Of a stretch of DNA of 64,000 nucleotides, positions 8,151-17,241 are shown in pieces. This stretch comes from Planctomycetota bacterium (GTDB lineage: Bacteria > Planctomycetota > UBA8108 > SXIK01). The translations under genes and the position numbers were made by a program. Where the stretch lies: NCBI GenBank assembly GCA_965223845.1, contig CBDCXR010000004.1:320001-384000 (forward strand), read 5' to 3'. Position 1 is the stretch's first letter, and each line of letters opens with the position of its first letter. The notes under the pieces are model-generated. The model searched no databases and was not told where the DNA came from. It saw only the letters and a program-made list of their open reading frames with translations.

Positions 8151-10934
8151 CTACGAAGTCGCGCTGCCCTGCGCGAGTCCGCGGCCGCCGCCGACCGAAG
8201 TCCAGCCGGAGGAGAGCGCGATCGCGACGACGAACGCCGTACCGACGACTCCGGTAGAGAAGTACCAGCTCGACGCGTCGAGCGTGATCGGCCAGTGGAG
8301 CATTCGTTCGACGAAGAGAGTTACGATCAGCGACGTGAGGCCGAAGCGCATCAGCACGAACGCATGGACGACTACGACCGAAGTGAGGAATACAGCGTCC
8401 ACCGCCCCCCAGCCGCCGATCCGGCTGAGCGCGCTCGCCCAGACGACGACGAACGCGAGCGCAGCGAGGATGGGCTTTCGAGCGATGAATTTGAGCACGA
8501 CGAAGCTGAGGAGATACGAGAAGCCGAACTGTACGGCGAGTACCAGGTTGACGGTCGTCCTCGCAAGCGAATAGGCCGTGCCGTGGAGAGGCCACGTACT
8601 CACCGCATACGAGACGCTGGGGATCTCGCCGAGCGCGTCGGACGTGTAGGTCTGCAGCACGTCGAGGAGCCGCACGAGGATCGCGGCCACCGTGCCGTAG
8701 AGGACGCTTTGACCGACCAATCGATCGCGAAAACGTCCCTCGAGAATGCGGTACCACGAAATCAGATTGTGCGGCCAGAGGCGGCGCACGAAGGGCTCGA
8801 TCGCTAGGTAGAAGAGCCAGATCTCGAACGCACCGAACAAACTGAGAGCGACGCCGCCTTGAATCTGCCCGACCACCGCCGAGAGATCCGAGGAGTGCTC
8901 CCCGACGAAAACGAAGGCCATGAAGAGGCCGCAGAACATGAACTGCGCGATTCGGCGCGCTCCGACGCGGTCTCCTCTTCCGGTCGCCAGATGGAACCAG
9001 GCGAGGAACGCCGATCCGACGAGCAGCGAGAGGTAGATCACGAAGAAGAGATTCGGCGCGCTCGTGGAGAACGCCGAGGGCGGCTCGCGGCGGGAGACTT
9101 GGTAGCGCACGATCCTCCCGCGGAAGCTCGCGACCTCGATGGCGACGGGGGTGCCGATCGTCGTCACCGCGTGCCAGCGGGCGCGCGCGTCGAACGGAAC
9201 GGCCGGAGTCACCAGGGGTTCCGTTTCGACCGCGGAATCGGGGGCGAGCTCGAATGTGAGCTCGAGCGCGTCGCGCAGGTCCTCGATCGAGCTTCGTGGT
9301 ACCGGCGCCTCGGCACTGTTCGAGGGATCGGGCGGCGGAGAGCCTTCGAATGAGAGCAGATGCCCCGACGCATCCAGTCGAAGACGGACCATGCCTGGGA
9401 GGTCGATCGGCGGATCGCGAAAGGTGACGTGGCCGAGGTTCCGCTTGCTCCGCGTACGAATCGACCGCGGCACCATCACGCGCGGACTCTCGCGGTACCA
9501 GAAGCTCACGCGTCGTTGGCGCGCCTCTCGGCGCGCTTCGGCTTCGGCGGCGGTCTCACCGGAGGGATCGGGCCGCGCTACCCGCCTCGGGTCGAGCACG
9601 AGTCTCCATTTCGAGTCGACCGGCGCTTCGGCGTATCCGAACAACTCGACGATCTCCCGCGCGCGGTCGACGAGAATCTGGGGGTGAGTCTCGAGCTGGG
9701 ATCGATTGACGACGCTCGCACCCGAGGAGAGCCAGACGAGCGCGATCCCGGTGAGCGCGGCGGCGACGAGAAGAGTCGCTCGGCGAATCTCGAGCCCACC
9801 CCTCCCGCCAGCGGCGGCGACCATTCCCGGGGAAGGCGTCTCGCCGGCGGCCAGCGCGGCCGCGAGCGGCTCGCCACCTGGAAGGGCAGCCGCGACTTCG
9901 CGCGCCGAAGCGGGACGGTTCGCGGGATCTTTTTCGAGGCACCATTCGATCGCGCGGGCGATGCGCGGATCGAGCGGACCCGCCGCACTGCTGGATGAAA
10001 TTCGCCGCGAGTCTTCGTGCAGTCGGCGCAGTTCGACCGGCGACCCCGTCTTGTAAACGGACTCGCCGGTGAACAGCTCGTGGAGAATCAGGCCGAGCGA
10101 GTAGATGTCGCTCCGGACGTTGGTCGTTCCGTCGGATAGTTGTTCCGGCGCCATGTACGCCGGCGTGCCGGCGATCTCTGCGCCGCGCCCGTCATCGATC
10201 GTTCGGGCGAGTCCGAAGTCGGTGATGCGAACGCGACCGCTGCCGTCGATCATGATGTTCGCCGGCTTGAGATCGCGATGGATCACGCCCTGGTCGTGCG
10301 CCGCTGCGAGGCCGGCGCAGAGCTCCTGCGAGATTTCGACCCCCTTGTCCGGGGGGAGTCGGCCGATCCGGCGGAGGAGCGCTTTCAGATCTTCTCCGTC
10401 GACGAACTCCATCGAGAGGAAGTGCTCGTCGCCGATCTCGCCGATGTCGTAGATCCGACACACGTTTGGGTGGCTGATCTGACGCGTGAGGCGCACCTCG
10501 CTGTGAAAGAGCTCGAGCCGCCGCGGGTCGCCGGCGATCTCCCGCGGGAGAAACTTGAGTGCCACCGTGTGACCGAGCTTGAGGTCGTCGGCGCGAAAGA
10601 CCTCGCCCATGCCACCCCGGCCTGCGAGAAGGACTACGCGATAGCGTCCCGCGATCTTGGTTCCGGGGAGGAATCGACCGTGATGCGAGCTGTCCGAGGA
10701 GGGCGAGGGGTTCGCTCGCTCGGCGGGCGAATCGAGATCGCCGTTCAGGCGAACCTCGGCCGTCGCTTCTCCGAAGAGCCCTTCGGGGTCTCGGTGCGCC
10801 TCGAGAAGATCTTCGACGGCACTGCGCAGCTCGCGATCGTCACCGCACTCCCGATCGAGAAACTCGCGGGCGAGCTCGGGCGATAGGTCGAGTGCCTGCT
10901 CGAAGAGCTCGATCGCGCGGCGGTCCGAATTCAT
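8151..10934 (-). CDS. Hanks-type Ser/Thr protein kinase with extracytoplasmic and multi-TM C-terminal region
   Basis: GRGGMGEV, VALK, HRDLKPAN, DFG, GTPAYMAPE, DIYSLG motifs all intact; N-terminal LF..ALDL....R..FL...C.DD.ELR module; several hydrophobic segments at the C-terminus. Confidence 0.95.
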   Translation of the reverse strand: MNSDRRAIELFEQALDLSPELAREFLDRECGDDRELRSAVEDLLEAHRDPEGLFGEATAEVRLNGDLDSPAERANPSPSSDSSHHGRFLPGTKIAGRYRVVLLAGRGGMGEVFRADDLKLGHTVALKFLPREIAGDPRRLELFHSEVRLTRQISHPNVCRIYDIGEIGDEHFLSMEFVDGEDLKALLRRIGRLPPDKGVEISQELCAGLAAAHDQGVIHRDLKPANIMIDGSGRVRITDFGLARTIDDGRGAEIAGTPAYMAPEQLSDGTTNVRSDIYSLGLILHELFTGESVYKTGSPVELRRLHEDSRRISSSSAAGPLDPRIARAIEWCLEKDPANRPASAREVAAALPGGEPLAAALAAGETPSPGMVAAAGGRGGLEIRRATLLVAAALTGIALVWLSSGASVVNRSQLETHPQILVDRAREIVELFGYAEAPVDSKWRLVLDPRRVARPDPSGETAAEAEARREARQRRVSFWYRESPRVMVPRSIRTRSKRNLGHVTFRDPPIDLPGMVRLRLDASGHLLSFEGSPPPDPSNSAEAPVPRSSIEDLRDALELTFELAPDSAVETEPLVTPAVPFDARARWHAVTTIGTPVAIEVASFRGRIVRYQVSRREPPSAFSTSAPNLFFVIYLSLLVGSAFLAWFHLATGRGDRVGARRIAQFMFCGLFMAFVFVGEHSSDLSAVVGQIQGGVALSLFGAFEIWLFYLAIEPFVRRLWPHNLISWYRILEGRFRDRLVGQSVLYGTVAAILVRLLDVLQTYTSDALGEIPSVSYAVSTWPLHGTAYSLARTTVNLVLAVQFGFSYLLSFVVLKFIARKPILAALAFVVVWASALSRIGGWGAVDAVFLTSVVVVHAFVLMRFGLTSLIVTLFVERMLHWPITLDASSWYFSTGVVGTAFVVAIALSSGWTSVGGGRGLAQGSATS

Positions 10935-11215
10935 GCGTCGCTGTCAACTCGCTTCGGTGAAGCTGCGCATGGTAACAGGCACGGGGGGGAGCGACGACCG
11001 GAGAATCGGTCGTGTGTTCGAGCTAAACGAGACTCGCCGTTACGGTCCACGGTCGGCGCGACCGCGCCGAAGCACACGCGAACCCGAAACAACGAACGTC
11101 GAAGCTCCTCGATTCTTCTCCCGCTCGCGCGATCGGGTCCGCTCGCGACACCACGCGAAGCTGAGTAGAATGCCGCGGAGGCAAGCTGGCGTGTTCTGCG
11201 CGCCGCGGAGGAATC

Positions 11216-11770
11216 GTGGATCTGACGAGAATCTTGGAGTCCGCTCGATCGGGAGACCCTTCCGCTCGGGCAGAGATCGTCCGCGCCGCGTACGAGGACC
11301 TGCGCAAGATCGCGAAGGTCAAGATGGCGAACGAGCGAGACGGTCACACTCTCAGCGCGACTGCCCTCGCGAACGAGCTCGCGATCAAGCTGATGGGCGA
11401 CAGCCAGATTCCGGTGGCGGGCCGTCCGCAATTCATGGCGTACGTGTCGAAGGCGATGCGTCACTTCCTCATCGACTACGCTCGCACGCGGGGCCGGCAG
11501 AAGCGCGGCGGCGATCGCGAGAGGCTGACGTTCGACGACGCACTCGTCGCGAGTCGCGAGCAGAGCGAGGATTTGCTCCGACTTCACGAAGCGCTCGAGC
11601 GATTCGCCGCGATCGACGCACGCAAGGCGAGCGTCGTCGAGATGCGGTTCTTCGGTGGAATGAATCTCGAAGAGACGGCCTACTCGCTCGGCGTCTCGCC
11701 CGCGACGGTCAAGCGGGACTGGGACGTCGCGAAGGCGTGGCTGAAGCGGGAGCTCGCGGGGGAGGAGTGA
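11216..11770 (+). CDS. ECF sigma factor, TIGR02999 (planctomycete/verrucomicrobial) type
   Basis: Y.DLRKIA...HTLSATAL, AMRHFLIDYAR....QKRGG, VVEMRFFGG...EETA..LGVS.ATVKRDW..AKAWL. Confidence 0.92.
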   Translation: MDLTRILESARSGDPSARAEIVRAAYEDLRKIAKVKMANERDGHTLSATALANELAIKLMGDSQIPVAGRPQFMAYVSKAMRHFLIDYARTRGRQKRGGDRERLTFDDALVASREQSEDLLRLHEALERFAAIDARKASVVEMRFFGGMNLEETAYSLGVSPATVKRDWDVAKAWLKRELAGEE

Positions 11771-11901
11771 GCCTTCGAGAATAGCGGTGTCCACGATACC
11801 GCGAAGATCGCTGAACCACACGACCTCGACTTGACTCGACTCTTCGCGCGCGCGGTACGCGGTGGGAATGGAGTCGCCGGTCGAGCTCAGGAAACGATCT
11901 C

Positions 11902-12300
11902 GTGAAATCGACGCTCGTTTGTCTGATTGGCATCCTGTCGTTCTCGACCGTTTTTGTGCTTCTCATCATCGAAGACGACGTCGACTCGCGCCGGAAGTTT
12001 TCGATCGTCGAACCTCCTCCGATTCGACACGAGTTTACCATGCGACTCGAATCGGCGATGGTCGCGTACGTTCGCGGCCGCATCGACATTCGCGAACTGA
12101 CGGAGAGAGGCAAGGCGTCCTGCCTCGACGCCATCGATTCGCTCTGCACTTGTCGTCGGACGCGCGATCCGGACGCGTACACGCACGCCGAGACTTGCGG
12201 CTGGGCCGAATTCTATCCGCAGGTCAAGCCGTGGATTCGGCGCTTCGAACGGCGCGTCCGAGAAGAGCAAGAAGCTCGGGAGCGAGAGCGGAGCGACTGA
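11902..12300 (+). CDS. Hypothetical membrane-anchored protein
   Basis: AGGA RBS; N-terminal hydrophobic helix; fills the gap between neighbouring genes; no recognisable domain. Confidence 0.5.
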   Translation: MKSTLVCLIGILSFSTVFVLLIIEDDVDSRRKFSIVEPPPIRHEFTMRLESAMVAYVRGRIDIRELTERGKASCLDAIDSLCTCRRTRDPDAYTHAETCGWAEFYPQVKPWIRRFERRVREEQEARERERSD

Positions 12301-12357
12301 CGAGACGAGCCTCTCCCGCCTCCGACCGAGCTCGCTGCCGGGACCTCCGAGCGCGGC

Positions 12358-13215
12358 TCAGTCGCTTTTCTCGCTGCTCTTCCCTTCGATCTTCGCGATC
12401 GACCGCTCGAGGATTCCGCGAAACTCCTTGTCATCCGTATCGCTCGCGAGCTGACGCAATTCGGGCACGGCTGCCGCGGCCTCCGTTCGGAGATCCCCGA
12501 TGAGCCGCGCCGCCGCGTAGCGGGCCATGCGGAGGGGACGCTTTAGACTGGCGGTGAGCGCGGGGACTGCGGAACCACCGAGCGGCGAGACGATGCAGAC
12601 GGGGTCGTTCGGCTCCGCCGCGCGCATGTCGATCTCGTCGAGAGGAAGAAGCGCGCGTTCGTCTCCATCGACCTTTTTGATGGACTCGCGAAAGCGTTTG
12701 AACGAGAGGAAGCCCATCTTCAGGTGCGCGAGCTCAGGTATCGCGATGGCCTCGTCGGGAAACTCGGGGAGGTATTTCCGCAGTGCGCGGTAGTGCGCGG
12801 GACGGAAGAGTGAGTCAACGGAGTCGTGCTGGTGACCCATTTTCCCCGCGACCGTGCTCGTTCCCATCCAGACATTCGATTCACCGAGCACCACGATGAC
12901 CCGTGCGACTTCACGGCTTTCGCCGAACTTGATGCGGTAAACATTCATTTTGCCGAAGTCGCGGCGCAGCCACTCGGCGAAGAGACCCGCGAGCGCGATC
13001 TTTCCCGCTCGCGTTTCGAGAAACTCAGCGGTAACTCGTTGCTCGATCGAACCCTCAGGCGCGTCGAGATACTCACCGAGTGCATCCGGCGACGACCCGA
13101 GTCGCCACAGGTGATAGTGACGCGCGAAATCTTCGTGGTAGACGAGCGCCGCGAGGACGAGTGCGAGTGCGGCGCCGCCGAGGACCCAGGTGAGGACGCG
13201 ACGCTTGCGAGGCAT
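12358..13215 (-). CDS. Membrane-anchored protein with C-terminal HEAT repeats
   Basis: MPRKRR followed by a TM helix; AVPALTASL......RYAAARLIGDL....AAAVPEL HEAT pattern. Confidence 0.65.
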   Translation of the reverse strand: MPRKRRVLTWVLGGAALALVLAALVYHEDFARHYHLWRLGSSPDALGEYLDAPEGSIEQRVTAEFLETRAGKIALAGLFAEWLRRDFGKMNVYRIKFGESREVARVIVVLGESNVWMGTSTVAGKMGHQHDSVDSLFRPAHYRALRKYLPEFPDEAIAIPELAHLKMGFLSFKRFRESIKKVDGDERALLPLDEIDMRAAEPNDPVCIVSPLGGSAVPALTASLKRPLRMARYAAARLIGDLRTEAAAAVPELRQLASDTDDKEFRGILERSIAKIEGKSSEKSD

Positions 13216-13501
13216 GTCGGAGACTCTCGAGTTCGAGTTTGAACGGTCCGTCACGATAACCGAGGGGATCAGCCGGATTCCGCGGCTACCGGTGATTCTA
13301 CGTTCTCCTCGGTGCGGGTCGATCTCTTCTCGCACTCTTCGCGTCGAAGTTACCGGCCGTCGCTTCGCCGAGACCGGGCCGGGATTCGGTTGGCGTGCGC
13401 GACCCTCAAGCTTCCGCGCAGTGGACGTCGAACTCATGGGAGAACCTCCGTCGAGTCCTCGATGGAAACGAATCGGCAGACGAGAGATCAAGGATACGGA
13501 C

Positions 13502-14416
13502 ATGCGACGATTGGCAGGCGCGAAATTGCTAGCGATTTTTGGCCTTCTGCCGCTCTCGGCGACCGGGTGTTACGATGTCGGCGCCCTTGCCGAGGCCGGT
13601 GCGGCGTCCCGACCTGGGCAAATCGGAGCGTCCGCTGGAAGCCCGATTCCCCGCGCTCTCATCGACGGCCGTGATCTCGCCGGAATCGAAGCCGCTCTCG
13701 ACGGCGGAGCGGACATCGACGCCGCGTCCTCGCACGGAGTGACGCCGCTCATGATCGCGATCGCGATGCGACGGACCTCCGTCGTCGATCTCCTTCTCCG
13801 CCGCGGAGCGGACGTGAGAGCGGCATCGAGCCACGGGGAAACTCCTCTTCATAGCGCGCTCTTGATGAACGACCTCGCACTCGCAAAGCGACTCGTGGAT
13901 CTGGGAGCCGATGTGAACGCGGCGACGAAGGACGGAACAACGGTCCTCGCGAACGCTGCCCACCTCGGGCGGAACAACTGGATCGAGTTCCTGCTCGAGC
14001 GCGGCGCGGAGCTCGAGACGAAGAATCGGCTCGACGAGACTCCGCTCTTTCGCGCGATCTCTGAGCGCGAAGTCGAAACCGTCCGTCTCCTCCTCGAGCG
14101 GGGAGCACGCGCCGGCGAACTCACGAAGGAGAAGAGATCGACCGTGGCGTACGCCGCGGCGCGGGGCTCCGTCGAGTGCGTCGAATTGCTCGTCGCAGCC
14201 GGCGTGGCGGTCAACACTGTCGATATGTACGGAGCGACTCCGCTGATCGATGCTTCACTCCACGAACGGCCCGAGGTCGTGAAGCTGTTGCTCGAGCACG
14301 GCGCCGATCCGAGCGTCAAGGATCGGCACGGACGGACGGCGCTCGACATCGCGCGTGCGAAGGAAAACGCCGAGATCGAAGAGCTGCTCGCGGGCGGAAA
14401 CCCCGAGGCGCGATGA
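13502..14416 (+). CDS. Ankyrin-repeat lipoprotein
   Basis: AAGGA RBS; lipobox SATGC; about seven G.TPL..A...L...GAD repeats. Confidence 0.9.
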   Translation: MRRLAGAKLLAIFGLLPLSATGCYDVGALAEAGAASRPGQIGASAGSPIPRALIDGRDLAGIEAALDGGADIDAASSHGVTPLMIAIAMRRTSVVDLLLRRGADVRAASSHGETPLHSALLMNDLALAKRLVDLGADVNAATKDGTTVLANAAHLGRNNWIEFLLERGAELETKNRLDETPLFRAISEREVETVRLLLERGARAGELTKEKRSTVAYAAARGSVECVELLVAAGVAVNTVDMYGATPLIDASLHERPEVVKLLLEHGADPSVKDRHGRTALDIARAKENAEIEELLAGGNPEAR

Positions 14417-14597
14417 TCGACGGTCCTGATCTGAATCGACCCGCTCTCGATGCGGCTTGGGAGGGGCGACCCGAAAGCTCCCGTCAGTCGTCGAACGAAG
14501 GACGATGGCGCGGTGCGCGCGGAAGATTCAAGGGGAGCGGAGGAAGGGAACGTCAGAGTAGAGCGTCGCGAATGGAAACCGGCGGGATCACGCGGCG

Positions 14598-15215
14598 CTA
14601 GATCTTCGAGACTCTCAGGCGTCGATATTCCCCGTGCTCGCCGATGCCGTCACCGCCGCACTCCCAGAACCCGATCGCGCCCCGGGCGTGGTGTGCGTGT
14701 GGGTCGGTCCACTCGGCGCAAGGATCGAGCTCACCGTTCGGAGGTCCCAAGAAGACGCGAATCGTCGAGCCTTCGATCTCGACGCGCATGCGGTACCACT
14801 CGCCGAGGACGGGCACTCGCGCGCTCGCGATGAGCTCGCGGAACATCCTGCCGCCGTTCTCGTCCGCGGACTCGTCCTGTTCGCTCAACCGAGGACCGAC
14901 GAACGCGTGGAACCACACCTTGTCGGCGTTCGGCCCGGGACCGCCCGCGTCTCCGATGTCGAACTGCGCGAGATAGTAGTCGCGGTTCGATGTGTGGCGG
15001 AGCACGAATCCGGCGGCGCCCGAGACGATGCGGACGTCGGCCTCCATCGAGACGTCGACGAAGTCATCGCGCTTCGTAGTCACGATTGCGAACTCGCAAG
15101 TCTTCGGCGCGAAATCGAGGATCCCGTTCCGCACCGTCGCGGCTCGGTGAGGAGTCCAAGCGCTCGAGAGCGCGTCGCCGGCGAAGTCGTCTTCGAAAAG
15201 TAACGTGGCGCTCAT
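14598..15215 (-). CDS. DUF1080/concanavalin-like beta-sandwich protein
   Basis: LLFEDDF start; EWYRMRVEIEGSTIRVF and GAIGFW...EYRRLRV motifs; ATGA overlap with the stop of the upstream gene. Confidence 0.6.
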   Translation of the reverse strand: MSATLLFEDDFAGDALSSAWTPHRAATVRNGILDFAPKTCEFAIVTTKRDDFVDVSMEADVRIVSGAAGFVLRHTSNRDYYLAQFDIGDAGGPGPNADKVWFHAFVGPRLSEQDESADENGGRMFRELIASARVPVLGEWYRMRVEIEGSTIRVFLGPPNGELDPCAEWTDPHAHHARGAIGFWECGGDGIGEHGEYRRLRVSKI

Positions 15216-16366
15216 TCGAGGCGATCGGCTCGTGGGTCTAGTTTGTGCGCCGGACCCACTTCCCACTCGACCAGAGCGTCGAATGGAACAATTCGGTCGG
15301 GTGCTTCCTCCGGCCAGCGAAAACGACCCGATCCGAGGAGCCGCAGCGACGTCAGTTTGGTGGTCGAGATGTCGTAGACGCCGCGCCCTTCGAGTGCGAG
15401 CCGCTGCTCGGATAGGATCTTCCCCCGGCGAATCACGCGCTCCGACGCGAGCGCTCCTTCGTACCGAATTTCCGCAATCGATCCGCTGACCCGCGCAACG
15501 GTCGCACGGAGGCGGATCTCCGTCACCCAGTCGGGTTGGGGCGCGTGCTGGTAGCACATCGGCGAGGCGATCCGGCAAAGTCTTTTCGCGACGCTCGCCG
15601 GCACCTCCCACGAATCACCGGCGGCGATGTCTTCGCCCGTCTTCGCGAGCGGCGCAAAGGCGGCGAACTCGGGCGGCGTAAGATCGACACTCGAGATGAC
15701 CGGCGTCCGGATCTTGTCGCGATCCCGGCGCCGGACGTACTCGGCGAGCGTGACGCTCCCGTCCGGCCGAACGCCCTTCCCGCGAAAGGGCTGTGTGTCG
15801 ACGACCGACCTCTTCGCGGGCGTCACCGGTCCGTGTTTCTCCAGCGCCTCGTCGACAAGTCGAAGCGTTTTCCGAACCATGTCGCCGAATCCAGAGAGCG
15901 GCCCGGCGAGGACCTCGCCGTCGGGGGAGAGGATCCAAACGCCCTGCTTGTCCCCACGCTTCCGGATGTACGGACGAAGAAGGCGCGACTCTTTCGACTT
16001 GCGCCGTTGGAACTTTTCGTAGTCGACCGCGAGCGGAACGAGCGTGCCCGCGATGCGGCGAATCACCTTTTCGTTGACGAGCACGTTCTCACGGAACATG
16101 CGTGCGAACGTTCAGCAATCGTCGAGCGGGTCACCGGTGACGAGGTAGAGGAAGATCGGGCGCTTCTCTTTCGTCGCCGCGAGAAATGCATCTGAAACGT
16201 CCGTCAACCACGGGATTTCGAGGAAGCGCAACTCGGCCGCGGTCGCGCGGATCGCATCTGCCTTCGTCTCGAGATCCGGTGCATCCTCGCCGCGAGCCGG
16301 CGCGGCGAGAAGCGCGGCACTCAAAAAGAAGCAGCCGATCGTCTCTCGACGAAAACGAGGGTTCAT
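15212..16366 (-). CDS. Exported SelN-like thioredoxin-fold selenoprotein candidate (384 aa, in-frame TGA = U85)
   Basis: ORFs 16112..16441 and 15212..16099 are in the same frame, joined by TGC TGA ACG TTC GCA CGC ATG, giving RPIFLYLVTGDPLDDC-U-TFARMFRENVL. GGAGG RBS and signal peptide from ATG 16366; hairpin directly 3' of the TGA. Confidence 0.82.
16083..16111 (-). promoter_or_regulatory. Candidate SECIS hairpin after UGA 16112-16114
   Basis: ACGTTC-G-CACG-[CATGTTC]-CGTG-A-GAACGT: 6-bp plus 4-bp stems starting at the first base after UGA, with GU in the loop. Confidence 0.7.
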
Positions 16367-16712
16367 CGAACGTCCTCCGCACCGGCGATTGCGAAATTCA
16401 AGACTCGTCTCGATTGGACTTCGGGAATCGGGCTCGATCAAGTGCGATCCGTCTCAACCTGCCGCGCGTGCGCTCCCGCACGCTAAACGAGTGCGCTCCC
16501 GTCCAAAACATCTCCTCGAAGAACCTCGAGATCAAGGGCAACCCTAACTGAGCGCGCCTCCCCTGCTTAGGATTCTCGTTCTCCCTTCCCCTTCGTCTTC
16601 CTGCGCGAACTTCGTGTGCACCTCTTCCTCCTTTTCTTCCCTTTCGTCGGAAAGATCCACCGCGCAGCGATCGACTCTAATCTGAGCCCCCGCGCAGAGA
16701 GAGGATTCGAAC

Positions 16713-17195
16713 GTGACCGACTGGGACGAACTCGTGCGCACGCACGGCCCGAGCGCCTACGGCGTCGCCTGGCGGATTCTCGGCCACGCCGAGGACGTCG
16801 AGGATGTCGTTCAGGAGCTCTTCGTCGAGTGCTACCGCGTCGCCCGGTCGCGACGCGTCGAGCACTGGCGCTCGTTCATCGTTCGACTCGCCACCTTTCG
16901 CGCGCTCGACAAGCTGCGGCAGCGTCGGCCCGCGCTCGGGCTCGATTCCTTCTCGGTGATCGACCCCCAATCGGGGCCGGAGGACGAAGCCGCCGCGAGG
17001 GAGTCGGTTGCACAGCTCCGGGTCGCGGTCGCGGCACTTCCCGAGCGCCAGGCCACGGTCTTCTGCCTTCGCTATTTCGAGGAGCTGACGCCGAGCGAGA
17101 TCGCGCGCACGCTCGCGATCTCGCCGAACGCCGTCTCGCTCGCGCTCCACAAAGCCCGCGAGCATCTCCGGGATCGGTTTGCTGAGGTCAACTAG
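16713..17195 (+). CDS. ECF sigma factor (sigma-70 group 4)
   Basis: AWRILG...D.EDVVQE.F; region 4 LPERQ..VF.LRYFEELT..EIA.TL.IS...V...LHKAR..LR; GAGAGG RBS. Confidence 0.92.
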   Translation: MTDWDELVRTHGPSAYGVAWRILGHAEDVEDVVQELFVECYRVARSRRVEHWRSFIVRLATFRALDKLRQRRPALGLDSFSVIDPQSGPEDEAAARESVAQLRVAVAALPERQATVFCLRYFEELTPSEIARTLAISPNAVSLALHKAREHLRDRFAEVN

Positions 17196-17241
17196 ACTGC
17201 GATGAAGGAATTCACACGATCGAGCACCGGGAGAGTTTGCA

